DNA of 64,000 nucleotides from Hyphochytrium catenoides (taxonomy: Eukaryota > Protista > Hyphochytriomycota): positions 124,001 to 188,000 of the forward strand of contig FLMG01001570.1 of the NCBI GenBank assembly GCA_900088475.1. The letters are read 5' to 3'. Of the stretch, positions 14,000 through 25,224 are shown in pieces (position 1 is the stretch's first letter; every line of letters starts with the position of its first letter). Below the pieces are notes generated by a model. That model searched no databases. It had not been told where the DNA came from and saw nothing but the letters and a program-made list of their open reading frames with translations. The translations under genes were made by a program, and so were the position numbers.

Positions 14000-16600
14000 T
14001 TTGGGATTTTACTTCAGCAATGTTTCCGGAAGTAGAACTCTAATCAGTACTGAAAGATTCCCTGACGCATTATCTTTCCTTCACTACCAAAAACCATTGC
14101 AGGAAATTTCTTGCCATAAAGATCGCTTGACCTACTACTACAAGTCCTGAGCCTCTGCATAAGGCCTATAAGCAAACGTGACCGCCACATTTCTCATATT
14201 AATACTGACCGAAAGGCGCCAAGCTGGAGTGAAGGCTTTATAGTTCATGAATGTTAGCTGTCTTTTGAAGGCAATGAAACTGCCTGAGTTTCCGAAGAGA
14301 TTTAGAAAGATAGATAGAAGACACAGAGCCAACAAATCGGGCAGACAGAGGTCATTGAAGCAAGTTATTAAGATGGGCAGTCGCCGAGGTGTAGAATTAC
14401 TCTCAAGGCCAAGAGATGCGGACTGGACAGGAAAAAATGGACGCTCTATTCTTGAAAACAGTCATACAGGTGAGTGTAGGACGAGCTGTCAACTGCGTCT
14501 CCTCGTCCGGTTCGTAGGGTTTCAAACCCTGCCGATCCCCATCCTTCTTACACCCACTGGTGAAGTATGATGATTACGAGTTAAATCCTTGGTATTATTA
14601 ACTTACATTCCAAGGCAAGGAAGCGCGGATACATTGCCTTCTTGTTGGATCTTCTCTTCTGGATCCGTCCTCATCGTAGGCAAGGAACCACGATATGTAC
14701 CAGGAAGGGATCGCGTCGCATATCCAGCCTCAAGTTTTTATACCCAGACTTGTTCTGATGAGCCTGGGAACTCTTCTTGCTAAATTCAGGGCCCCGATAT
14801 TGCTCTAATCAGTAGAAATGATCCTTGTCAAAGCACACTCTTTCTAGCGCAGCACCACAAAGACATAAGCATAGGTCGGTCCTTAGATGGGCCATTGACC
14901 ATGAGGCAGACTTTTATAGAGTACCTGTAGTGACACAGGTGGATCTTGCTCTATGGTCTTAGGGAAATGTTGGTCCGTCCACCGTTCTTAACTTGATGGC
15001 TCCGATTAAGTGATTTGAATCTTTCTAGATCAAGAGCTTGGTTGGCAAATTGCTGGGCTTGAAGCTGAGCGTGCCGAACCCTTCCCTGGCACGTAGTACC
15101 GTACCTGTGCGAAGCGGGTACTTTCGTGGAAAGGAACGGGTCACGGGTCATGGCATTACCTTATTTTAGAGAGTTGCAGCTTGGAGGACATCACGTAGCG
15201 AGTACCCACATCATCTGAGCGGCTGATGATTGGGAGAGTCACTAGAAGCATCTGTCTAGAAGGCAGGTTCCTTCTCTCCCAAAATCAAGGCATATGATGA
15301 TGGACATTTTTTGTTCATGAACACTCTCTTAGCGCAAACGATCACCTCATACATAGATGAACTGTTACCCCTATTACTGACCCGGAGAAAAGGACAAACC
15401 ACACGTGAAGACTGAGTGTCCTTGGCCATTTTGGAGTAAGGCATAATGTGAGTCTTAAGACCTATATGCCGCCTCTCAGGTTAGAGTAGTCTCTGCGCAC
15501 AAATCATCCCCCTTCTCTTGGCTGACGATGTTAGTCTCTTGTTGGTTCTAACTTGTGTAGGTATCCAAAATGTGGCAAGATGGGCGACACATTCTGTCTG
15601 AGCACAGTGTCATCCTGGAGTTCGAGGGCAGTGCAACTGCAGAAGAGCCATTACTCATTGAGGATGGTCTACAAGAAGTTCACTTCGCCCTCGTAGATCT
15701 GCAGTGATGATGCTGTAGCGTAGTATTCCGAAAGATATAGACTTCTTCGTTTGGCTCACTTTCTACCCTTCAAACAAGTTCTCAATGAGACCACCAAGCT
15801 CTAGACAATGGATCAGTTTGTGCTTAGGGTCATCATGGCAATAACTTCGTTGTCATTGGATCTCGACTCGATAGTAGGTTCAAGCAAGCAAAGCCCTATC
15901 ATTTTTCCTCCTTCAATAATGGAATAAAAAAAAGCATTTTAAGGGTAAATCTCCTGGAGAGTGTGACTTCTGGCACTGTTGCACCAGGATCTTTCCAATA
16001 GTGTAGTGGTCCTGATTGCTGCTGGGTTGGACAAACAACCATGAAGTTCTCAAACAATCACAGGTAGGTTGTTGTTTGGGTCAAAGTAGTATGTTATCTT
16101 GTGCCTATTATAGCGAATCCTAGAAGATGACTTATTAGTGAACTGCTCCGTCAAGAAGGTTGCCATCATCACCTCCTCGTCCTTCATCAAAGTCGAAGAT
16201 CAACCTTTCATCTCCACTCACAGCAGCTTAATTCAGATCACAGCCAATAGGTTTGCGTCAATCCAGCCATGATCATCCATAAGTGAAGTGGAGCATAAAT
16301 CTTCATAGAGTTTTGCGCGCTGTTCCTTATCCCCTGTCACAAGCTCCGCCAACTCTTGCTTTTTCTCTACTGGTATTATCTTCCTTTCTTTTCTGTCCAA
16401 ACTGCTTCCGAAGTGATGGAATTAGGGACATCATCATGCCCTTTGTCCGGTTTCCCTCTTCGATTGGAACTGCCTTGCATTTCTGCCTCCGTTAAAATGG
16501 TTCTTTCAATAAAACTTCAAACTCATTCTTCTTTCCTTTTGCGCTTTCCTTTCCTCGATATACTTCCGCTAATCTCCGATGATGCCGCAACCTAATCATT
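14000..16600 (-). pseudogene. Decayed coding sequence, possibly a D5-like primase/SF3 helicase relic of viral or mobile-element origin
   Basis: No long ORF, many stops and frameshifts. Collinear minus-strand fragments RIRYNRHKITYYFDPNNNL, DDPKHKLIHCLELGGLIENLFEG, LDLERFKSL..GGRTNISLRP*..KVCLMVNGP and QGLKPYEP loosely resemble D5 family motifs. No intact Walker A was found. Confidence 0.3.
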
Positions 16601-17443
16601 ATTCTCGTCCACGGTAATAAACAACTCCTTCTTCAAGACCTCCAGCCGCTCCAAACGCTAGTCTCTCATGGCGGCTCTTGATGAAACGTTGCGCTTCTCT
16701 GCCTTGAATGCAGGGCAAAGCTCCTCCAGATAATAGCAAAGGATGCTACTTCTATCGGTCAAAGTACTACGGACTTTCAATCAGGTGACTTCCTCCGTTA
16801 GCACGAGTATCCATATTACCAATGATAGCCATTAGCAAGCTCTGACACCAGCCCTGGAACATGTGTGCTTTTATGATTGCTAGCTCTCTACAAGTAGCAG
16901 CCACCTGCTGCTGACCAGGCAGCTGGGGCGTGATGATGATTTATTTTGAGTACTACTTCGTAGCTGGTTTGGAGACCGCGAACTCTGCTAAGGAAAGCTT
17001 CACTTCTGATAGCTAATGTTTGGCGGTTTGGCGGAGCTGCTTCTGAAGGGACAAAGATTGGAAATCCAAGACAAAAACGAGGAGTCCACCAGCACGTCCG
17101 AAACAGGTTGGGTGGTACGCCTCCCACCCAGCCTTTGAGTGCTTTTTGAGTCGAACTTGGGAAAGTGGCAGAGGTACGAAGGTTTTTACAGGAGGAGATC
17201 TGGGAGGGATATATTTGAGGAGAGAGCTCGTTTCCACGGCAAAGCTGTGCTCCAAGCCCGTACAAGGCGATGAGTTGGGCATCGGAGGCGCTATCCTAAA
17301 GGAAAGCACGCGCACCACTGGCCCGATTGACAGAGCTGCGATATCACAGGATAGACTGAAGTTGGGCTTGTGATCGTCGTCTGTAGATCAACGAACAGAC
17401 AAGAAAAGACTCGACCGAAACCCCCACAGGAGCCTACTCAACT

Positions 17444-18718
17444 ATGGGGGAGATCATATTGGATCCAGCTATTAGAAATTGGGTTGTCCTGCCTATGGTC
17501 CTCATCATGGTGCTGATCGGCCTGGGGCGCCATTACTTGTCAAAACTGATGGCTACAGAGAACGTGATGAAGGCAGACGAAGCTAGGAACATGTAGGCAG
17601 CTGAATGGCTGATAATGTAATGCTCCAATCCTCTAAAGACATCGTAGGCAAACTCTTGGCCGGGCACAGAAGACCCGCATCAATGGCAGGTTTATAAACC
17701 CCACAGCTTTCGCCATGCGCAAGGTAAAACCTCTTAAGTAAGGGATGATGTTTGGCTGAAGTTTTATTGGACTGCTTGTAGAACTACTTCACTGCGCGGA
17801 AAGGAGACGGGAAAGATGGCGGCAAGGGCGTCTTGCGCGAGAAGGTACGCTGAGGGTATCCGAACTCTGAGTTGTGCTTCCCTAACTTGCCTCGTTGTGC
17901 TCTGTCGAAAGGTTAAGGGTGGGCAGCCCAACCCAATGTCAAATCCCAACCAGATGACCGGAATGTTGAAAAATAACATGACTTTCATGATCCCAAACTT
18001 CGCGATGATGGGCTTGATCAGTATGTTTTTCTCAGGCTTCGTTCTAGGTGCGACTCAACTCCTACCGGGATGGTCTTCAGTGCCTCACTCTTTCTCTCGC
18101 TTCAGTTAAGATTCCATTCCCCCTAACTCATAGGTTCAAGGCAATGCTCCAGCGAGGAATCGAATTAAGGTGAGTCTGTCCTTCATGCAGCTTCAGGCGT
18201 CTAAGCTGATAGAGCTTGTCTTAGTACCCTTGATGCTTCGTACGTATCATCCCTTTCTTGGTACTTCTTGGTGATGTTTGGCATGAGAGGATTTCTCACG
18301 ATCCTCCTCGGAGAACAGACAGGTAAGGAAGATTGTCTAAGAAGTAGCCTTCATATGTTGATGCTTTTGCCGGTCCAGATAATGAAGAAGAAAAAATGAT
18401 GCAGATGCAGATGGGCATGGCAGGAGGCGGTAACATGGCTTTTGATGCAGCTAAAGCTTTCAAGCAGGTGGGAGTCCGTACAGTGTCGGCGAGAACTTAT
18501 CAACCAACTAACCCAGGTGTTATTAGGAGAGAGAAAGCCTCGAGCTTGAAGTTCATAGATGGGCTCTCGATGATATTGAGTATAAGCTTTTAGGGGAGAA
18601 TGCGCCTGTGTCTGAGGGACCCACACCGTCATCAAAGGAAATGCTTCTGGAAGAGACAACAGAGACGCCATCAACTAAGCGGTCAAAGTTCTCTAAAACG
18701 AAGAAGTCGAAGGCCTAG
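17444..18718 (+). CDS. EMC3: ER membrane protein complex subunit 3, 8 exons
   Basis: MGEIILDPAIRNWVVLPMVLIMVLIGLGRHY..MLKNNMTFMIPN..FFSGFVL|VKIPFPLTHRFKAMLQRGIEL|STLDASYVSSLSWYFL. All seven introns are GT-AG and about 55-70 nt. Confidence 0.96.
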
Positions 18719-18796
18719 GCTATTAGAGAATGCTATGGGCGAGTTGCGTTAAGACCTGTTCCGCATATATCGTTCTGTTTCCCCTGGTGAAGGAAC

Positions 18797-20139
18797 CTAC
18801 GTGTCCTTTAACCTCTGCAAAACTGTAGAAACGGAGGCACTAGTCTTCCCTTCCTGCTGGGCATCTAATAGAGCCTTGACCTTCGGCCGCCATTCTCGCC
18901 CTCTGACGTTGATGAACCAATTGTTGACTTGATCTACCGTTATCGAGCACTGCTTTGCAAGCTGCAATTTCTCCTCTTCAGTGGGGTATGGATGGAGGTA
19001 ATGGGCCCTAAGCCATGTCATAAGTGTCGCTCTGATCTCTTTCGAGAGATTTGGTCTCGTTTTTCTCTTGCTCTCTTGGGTAAGAGGCTTAGGTTGCTCC
19101 GCTGAGACCTTCGACGTAGAGGTAAGTGAGCGCTGGGCGGAGTCCATGTTGTCAGTTGCTCTCTTGGTATTTGCCAGAAACAGTGATTTTATCCCTTTTT
19201 GAAGCCTGTCCCGCTCCAAATGAGGGTCCCTCGGTCTAGATCTCGGTTCTGTTACCTCCGCCATGGCCACCTTACGATCGAAATCTTCCAAAAGAATGTC
19301 GACTTCCTTATAGAGCGCAGTCATTAGTGAAGAACTGTTTGGCGAGCCCACCATTGGCTGAAGCCTGCTCAACCTTCCACATGAGCCTTCGACTAGGACT
19401 TCTGGAGCTGACTTCCTAATCCACTCCCCTTCACGACCTGCAAAACGAGTGCACTACCGTTACAGGAACGAAGCCAACCTATTTCAGCAGACCCAACAGC
19501 TATAGGAAAGCCACTTAGCTGTCGATTGGACCCAGAGCGCGATCTCGCGCTACTACTACGGGAACCAGGGACTGGACTTCCGCGGCTTCTCGAAAGACGC
19601 CATGATTGGATGTAGAAGGTTCAGGATTCAGAGCATCAGAAATAGTTGCTAAGTGTTTATTATGAAGAGGTGGTAACTCCTCGACAGCAAGGCTTCTTCC
19701 AGTATTATGGCCTTGATAATCGCCAGTTGTGCCCTGCCGCCTATTGGGAAGAGTCATTGGTGTTTGCCAAGAAGTGCCACCTGTAAAACGAAGCAGCCTG
19801 TCAACGTGAGACTCATGTGCTTTGCAAGCAATAATATTACCTTATGCACAAAATGAAGACTTTCGGCGGTCGATGCTGACGCCCTTCTCTTGGTTGATAC
19901 TGTAGCACAATGATGGTAGCAACAGAGGATCCTCTTTTGTAAGAATGCCCTACGAATAGGAGTGCAGTGGCAAGGAAATCCAATCCGTCATCTTCGTTCG
20001 ATAGATAAATGTACTTCGTGACTATGCGCGCTCTACCTTTATGGTTTACTCCACAAAGTACACGTACCCAGTCATAGGTTGCAGATCTGCACCCGCAGAC
20101 TACGCAACTGTTGTATGAATGAAGCCAAAACCAGGCCAT
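18797..20139 (-). CDS. TALE homeodomain transcription factor A with a PBC-B-like segment (PBX/BELL-side partner); last exon 19437-18797 is secure, 5' exons are tentative
   Basis: The homeodomain at ~19069-18881 reads KRKTRPNLSKEIRATLMTWLRAHYLHPYPTEEEKLQLAKQCSITVDQVNNWFINVRGREW, with the three-residue loop extension, PYP and WFxN. Upstream is EDFDRKVAMAEVTEPRSRPRDPHLERDRLQKGIKSLF. An acceptor TTTTGCAG precedes 19437. Confidence 0.88.
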
Positions 20140-21320
20140 TGCTCAGGAGAACCTGAACAATTGTGCCGCGCTTCCTCCTTTCAATTCCATTCTTTATAGT
20201 GGGAGAGAACGTTTATAATGGGACCGGTTTCGTTGATTGTCGAAGAAGAAGCAAGAACAGCAGGAGTCTTGAGTCACGAATAATCAGAGTGAGCGGCCAG
20301 GGGCCCACACATTACGCTACTAATTAGAACTAGAAAGGCTGTCATGGACAGCTGAAGAAATGAGCAATGCGACAGGACATCATGACTCCAGCAAGCTGAA
20401 AGAAGCGTTAGGACTGCCGTCTTTGGCACTCTGCTAGTACTCTGCTGGTACAAGGGAGGAGAAAGAAGAGAGCCGCGTTTTGTTGCTTCTGTGCTTTCCC
20501 CTAACTTCTTCCCTAGGGGGTTGTGGTGATTACTCCTTCATTACAATTCCTAATCCGGTAGTTACTATTGTTATTGGAACTATCTCCGACAATTAGCAGC
20601 AAATAAAGTTCTGCTATCTGTAGAATGACTTGTATGTTCTACAGTAGTCGTTCTGTGGTTCTACTCGTAGCACCAACAAAAATAAGCGAAATGGTAGTCG
20701 TTCTACAATTCGTCTGAATAGTGGACTTGCTTGTCACAACAACGCTTAAGAAGCGGGCGAAGCTGCCTGAGGCTCTCAAGTAAGAAGTAAGGCAGTCGTG
20801 GACTGGTCCTTGTAATACCGTCGGTTGTGGCTGTGAGGATGATGGCCTCGGATGCCAAGCTCGCCCGAAGGAGGAGAAGCCAGACGCAGTGAGGCAATAG
20901 TGGTACCGTGGAACTCTACCTCAAAAGAAGCCCTCGCGGTAGCGGAGGCTTCTAGTCTTTTATGTGGTCCAAATGGGCTACCACTAGGGGCTCAGAATGT
21001 CTGCGGCAAATGAGAAGCAGCATTGATAAATATTCTTTCCTGTCCATGTTAATGCCTCATCTAGTGGATGGGCGGACGTTCAATGCCCCGTAATTGTTTG
21101 ATAGGAAGCGCTACAGCTGCCTCGTAGATCAAGCAGAGACTGAGAAGAAGTGGCCAGATGAAGAAACAAAAACAGCTGCTTCTGTTGACCTGGACCGTCT
21201 CGAAATCTCGATTTATGTGCCATCTGCAGGCAAAGCTCTTATAAGTTATAAGTATCTACCTAGCATCTTACATTACAGACGACATAAGGCCGAGGAGTGA
21301 TTCCCTGAGGGCATCACCAA

Positions 21321-22692
21321 ATGACTTTGCCCAACAAAAGTCCTGTGCCCTACCAAAGTGATCGAGAAAGAGAGCAATCCGCCACTCTGAGGGAAGCTGC
21401 AAAGGAGGAGTCCATAAGCGTAGGCAGTGATGTTGCGGCTTCAGGAAGAACCTTTTACGGGAGGTCAGGGCCCAGAAGGGAAGTCTGCTCGACTGCCTTA
21501 AAAGGGAATAGCATGGCATGTCATCTGGCCAAAGAGGCGATTGTTCTTCACGAACTGTTTGAAGAGCTTCTCTACTATAGGACTCTAGCCCTCGCGTTAA
21601 CCATGCCAAGCGCTTTCAAAGACAAGGAGAGGCTTTCCAGGTCCAAACCAAAGCTGCTCTCCCAGAGCTTAGAGCAACTTTCATTTATAAGAACCTATAT
21701 AGACGAGCTACGGGCCCAGATGGGTTGCGGCAAACGGCCGCAAGTAAAGCTTGGAACGAATCCAGAGTTAGACGCCTACATGCGCAACGTAATCAAGACG
21801 TTTAGCGACAGATGTCAGGGTGATGACGCTGTAAATTGCTCTAAGTTTGCCCATATACAGCAATTATTGGACCATTCTGCTGCTGAAACTAGGGGTGGAG
21901 ATATAGGAATCGCAGACTTCCTCACAAGACATAAGCAAGACAAATTCATCTCCGGCGACTCCCAGCTGACAACGTTTCAGCCCTGCGTTGACGATGATGA
22001 TGTTAGCATACTCGACAGTTTGACTTCGTCAAGTGAGAGTGTGCTGCAGCCTGATCCACATGACTCCTTAAGGCTGGAGAAAGAGGCTAAGTTAACCCAA
22101 CAATCAAGAACCCACTTAAAGTCTGCAGGAGGTGAGTACTCGCACAGCGCCAGATTGTCCTACGTATACGAACTGCTGCACAATCAGACTAAAAGCTTTT
22201 GAATCTACAGATCGTCAGTCCCAAGAACTGACCTATTCCGGAGGGGGCAGCCAAGGCATGCTTGTCATCACAGCGCCCAACAAGAGGCAACGCCTGCGGA
22301 GATCCTCTCTAGACATTTTGACGGCATGGTTTATGGCCCATATTGACCATCCTTACCCTACCCTACAGGAGCGGAAAAGGCTGGCCAAGGAGTGCGAGCT
22401 CTCAGTGCAGCAGATTCGTGACTGGTTCACGAACATTCGTAAACGCCATTGGGGGCCTATCAAGGATGGCAAAAGAAAGCCACGGACACTTCTGGAGTAC
22501 GTCTTTTATGCAAACCTTGAAGAGAAAAAGCAGCATCAGCGGCAAAAGCAAAGTAAGGTTAAAGGGAGTGGGTCTAACGGCGATAGTCAGCCAAACGGCA
22601 CCCCATCAGCAACACCCAACAGACACAACACCCGCACTACTCTGCCACTGGAACTATGCGAGCTAGAGACCCTCTCGCTCTCCTATTCATAG
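21321..22692 (+). CDS. TALE homeodomain transcription factor B with MEINOX (MEIS/KNOX-type) motifs; exons 21321-22131 and 22211-22692, about 430 aa
   Basis: A phase-1 intron GTGAGT..CTACAG (22132-22210) joins two ORFs. The N-terminal part has KEAIVLHELFEELL (~21531) and NPELDAYMRNVIKTF (~21759). The homeodomain reads NKRQRLRRSSLDILTAWFMAHIDHPYPTLQERKRLAKECELSVQQIRDWFTNIRKRHW. Confidence 0.9.
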
Positions 22693-23351
22693 CAATAGAA
22701 GGGTAGAACATTCCTAATGACATGCCAGACTGCCGTTGCTGCCACGGCAAAATATAAGCTACACTTCAGCCAACCAGCACCTGATATCTATACCAGCTCT
22801 TTCTCTTGCTGCAGAGACCATCCTTTGTTACACTCGGTGATACCACTTACAGTCCATACTGACTAGTCTCTCATCCTGATAGACGGACATGCTGATCAAA
22901 GTTGCTACCTCTGTCAACAGTACACGATGATACTACAGACCTTGAATGGAGCGGTCCACGAGCAAACCTGAAGCTCTCCTTTAAGCGAACCTCACTCCTC
23001 TGCCTCATCAGACCTTGAATAAGATGAGCACACAGGAGCTTCATCAGCCGTGTCGCCTCCTCCAACTCATCCCATGAGCGGTGACATGATGGCCCAAACA
23101 TGACCAGCAAAACACTGCTTTCATCTTCCCCTGTGTTCTATTACCGCGAGCTGTCGTTTTCTAGGTCTCTTCATATCTTCAGCGGCAGTAGTAATACCGC
23201 TATTCAAAGGGCTTTGACGGAGTTAATGCGTAATAGCACGAGTTCGGGCCGGGGTTTTTCTTACTTCAGGATCCTGACTGCTGCTGTAAGGTGTTTCTGA
23301 CTCCTTTCTGACGCTGTCAACATCTCAATCAACGCTGTTGCTCTTTTGCCT

Positions 23352-23451
23352 TCTCTCTCTCTCGCTCTCTCTCTCTCNNNNNNNNNNNNNNNNNNNNNNN
23401 NNNNNNNNNNNNNNNNNNNNTCTCTCTCTCTCTCTCTCTCTCTCGCTCTCT
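23352..23451 (+). repeat. (CT)n microsatellite spanning an assembly gap
   Basis: CT runs flank an N run. Confidence 0.95.
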
Positions 23452-23653
23452 GACTCCGCAGCCCCTCTCCCTTGTCCTTATGTAACAAAGACGTTGCTCC
23501 AAGGCTTGTTGTTTGTCAGATCTCTTCAAGCGCCATCGTTTGCGCATTGTCACCATTTCATAAATAGTCTCAGTCAGCCCTCTTGAGCTCAGTACTCTTT
23601 GCTCCCTTTGCAAGGTCTAGCTTCTGGAAAGCGCATTCTCCACGTCCGCAACG

Positions 23654-24691
23654 ATGCCACGAAAATCTCTTGTTGGAGGCAACTGGAAATGCGTAAGTGC
23701 CTGTCTCTTCCCGCTCGTTCCCCCCTCTCGCTCTCATATAATGGATCCGGATCCGGTTACTTTCTTTCTCTAGAACGGCTCCAGAAGCTCCGTGAAGGCA
23801 TTGGTAGAGACCCTCAATAGCGAAGTGCCACCTAGCAGCATTGACGTTGTGGTGGCTCCCACCTTCCTACACGTAGACTATGTCCTGCAGCACCTCAACA
23901 AGGAGTACCAGGTTGCACTTCAAAACGTCACCCATGTCCACGACACCGGAGGAGCCTACACCGGAGAGATCACTGCGACGATTGCCAAGGGTAAGTTCGT
24001 CCAACTCAGCTTGTCAAATCTGCTGGCAGGCTCAAGAGAGTCCAACCCTGACGATCTGTATGGCGCGCTTTGCTTACCTCGCCGGATCTGTAGATTTCGG
24101 AGTAGGGTGGACTATCACTGGCCACTCTGAGCGCAGGGCCCTGATGAAGGAGAGTGATGAAGATGTCGCCAAGAAGACGAAGGTGGGAAATGCCTCGCTT
24201 TTGCCACCTGCTGCCGGCTGTTCTGTTTTCTTTTCCCTACATGTGCTGACTATTTCGTCTTCCTTGCCCGTTAGTATGCTCTCGATAAGGGCCTGAACGT
24301 CATTCTGTGCATTGGAGAGACGCTCCAGGAGCGTGAGGCCAACAAGACGATGGATGTACTGTACAGACAGATGACACCGGTCATCTCCACCCTCGCCGAG
24401 GAGGACTGGTCCCGGGTGGTAATCGCCTATGAGCCTGTATGGGCTATTGGCACTGGCGTGGTAGCCACCACCCAGCAAGCGCAGGAGGTACATGGGGACC
24501 TCAGGAAATGGCTAGAGGCCCAGTTGTCCGCTGCGATTGCGAGCAATCTTCGGATTCTGTATGGAGGTTCCGTTAAGGGCTCGAACTCCAAGGAACTGAT
24601 TGCGCAGGAAGATATTGACGGCTTCCTGGTTGGAGGAGCGTCTCTGACGGCTGACTTCTTGACCATCATCAAGAACTCTGCCGGTAATTAA
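23654..24691 (+). CDS. TPI: Triosephosphate isomerase, probably cytosolic, 4 exons
   Basis: [13 protein letters not shown]|[38 protein letters not shown] and [10 protein letters not shown] are all present. No N-terminal presequence is seen in frame. Confidence 0.98.
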
Positions 24692-25224
24692 CCAGGCCTC
24701 ACTCTTTCACTTTCTTTATGCACATCCTTAGCGATTGTTTCGCCAAAGCTTTAATCCCGGTATTGAAGCCGTGGAGTTAGGACACAGATTCTTTGTATTC
24801 TGAGCCCACTTTTCACTTTCCTAGCCTTCTTTCAGCTCTTCATTTAGGCTTCAAAGAGAAGTCCGAGAGTAGTGGACGCTAAGCACTTGCCATTATTGGT
24901 CTCTTAACATTTATACATGGCTAGCTCTCACTTGTATATACTCGGCAGCTGCATACTGCATACCCCTGACTCCTTGTTGTTTCTCTTCTCTTCGCTTTTC
25001 TCTCTTGACTCACATCGCTGTTAGCGGGAAGAGGTGCAAAGCTTTGACGAAGAATCTATGACGACAGGCCAGTAAATGGTCGATGCTTGTTTTCCTCTCC
25101 TTGAGGCCAAAAGGCCTCTCATATATTATAACAAAGAAGTAGATACGTACACTAAGCACCTGCGAGAAATCTCAAAGTTAAGGTAGATGAGAATCATCCG
25201 GGTGCTCGACTTAGGCTATGAAGC

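Noticed and set aside
20234-20241. TGATTGTC in the TALE spacer as a PBX-MEIS autoregulatory site (consensus TGATTGAC)
   Set aside because: A single 7/8 match is expected by chance in a spacer of this length.
23654-24691. TPI beside the homeobox pair as an echo of the Mucorales sex locus
   Set aside because: That locus is flanked by a triose-phosphate transporter and encodes HMG proteins. TPI is an unrelated enzyme, so the resemblance is in name only.
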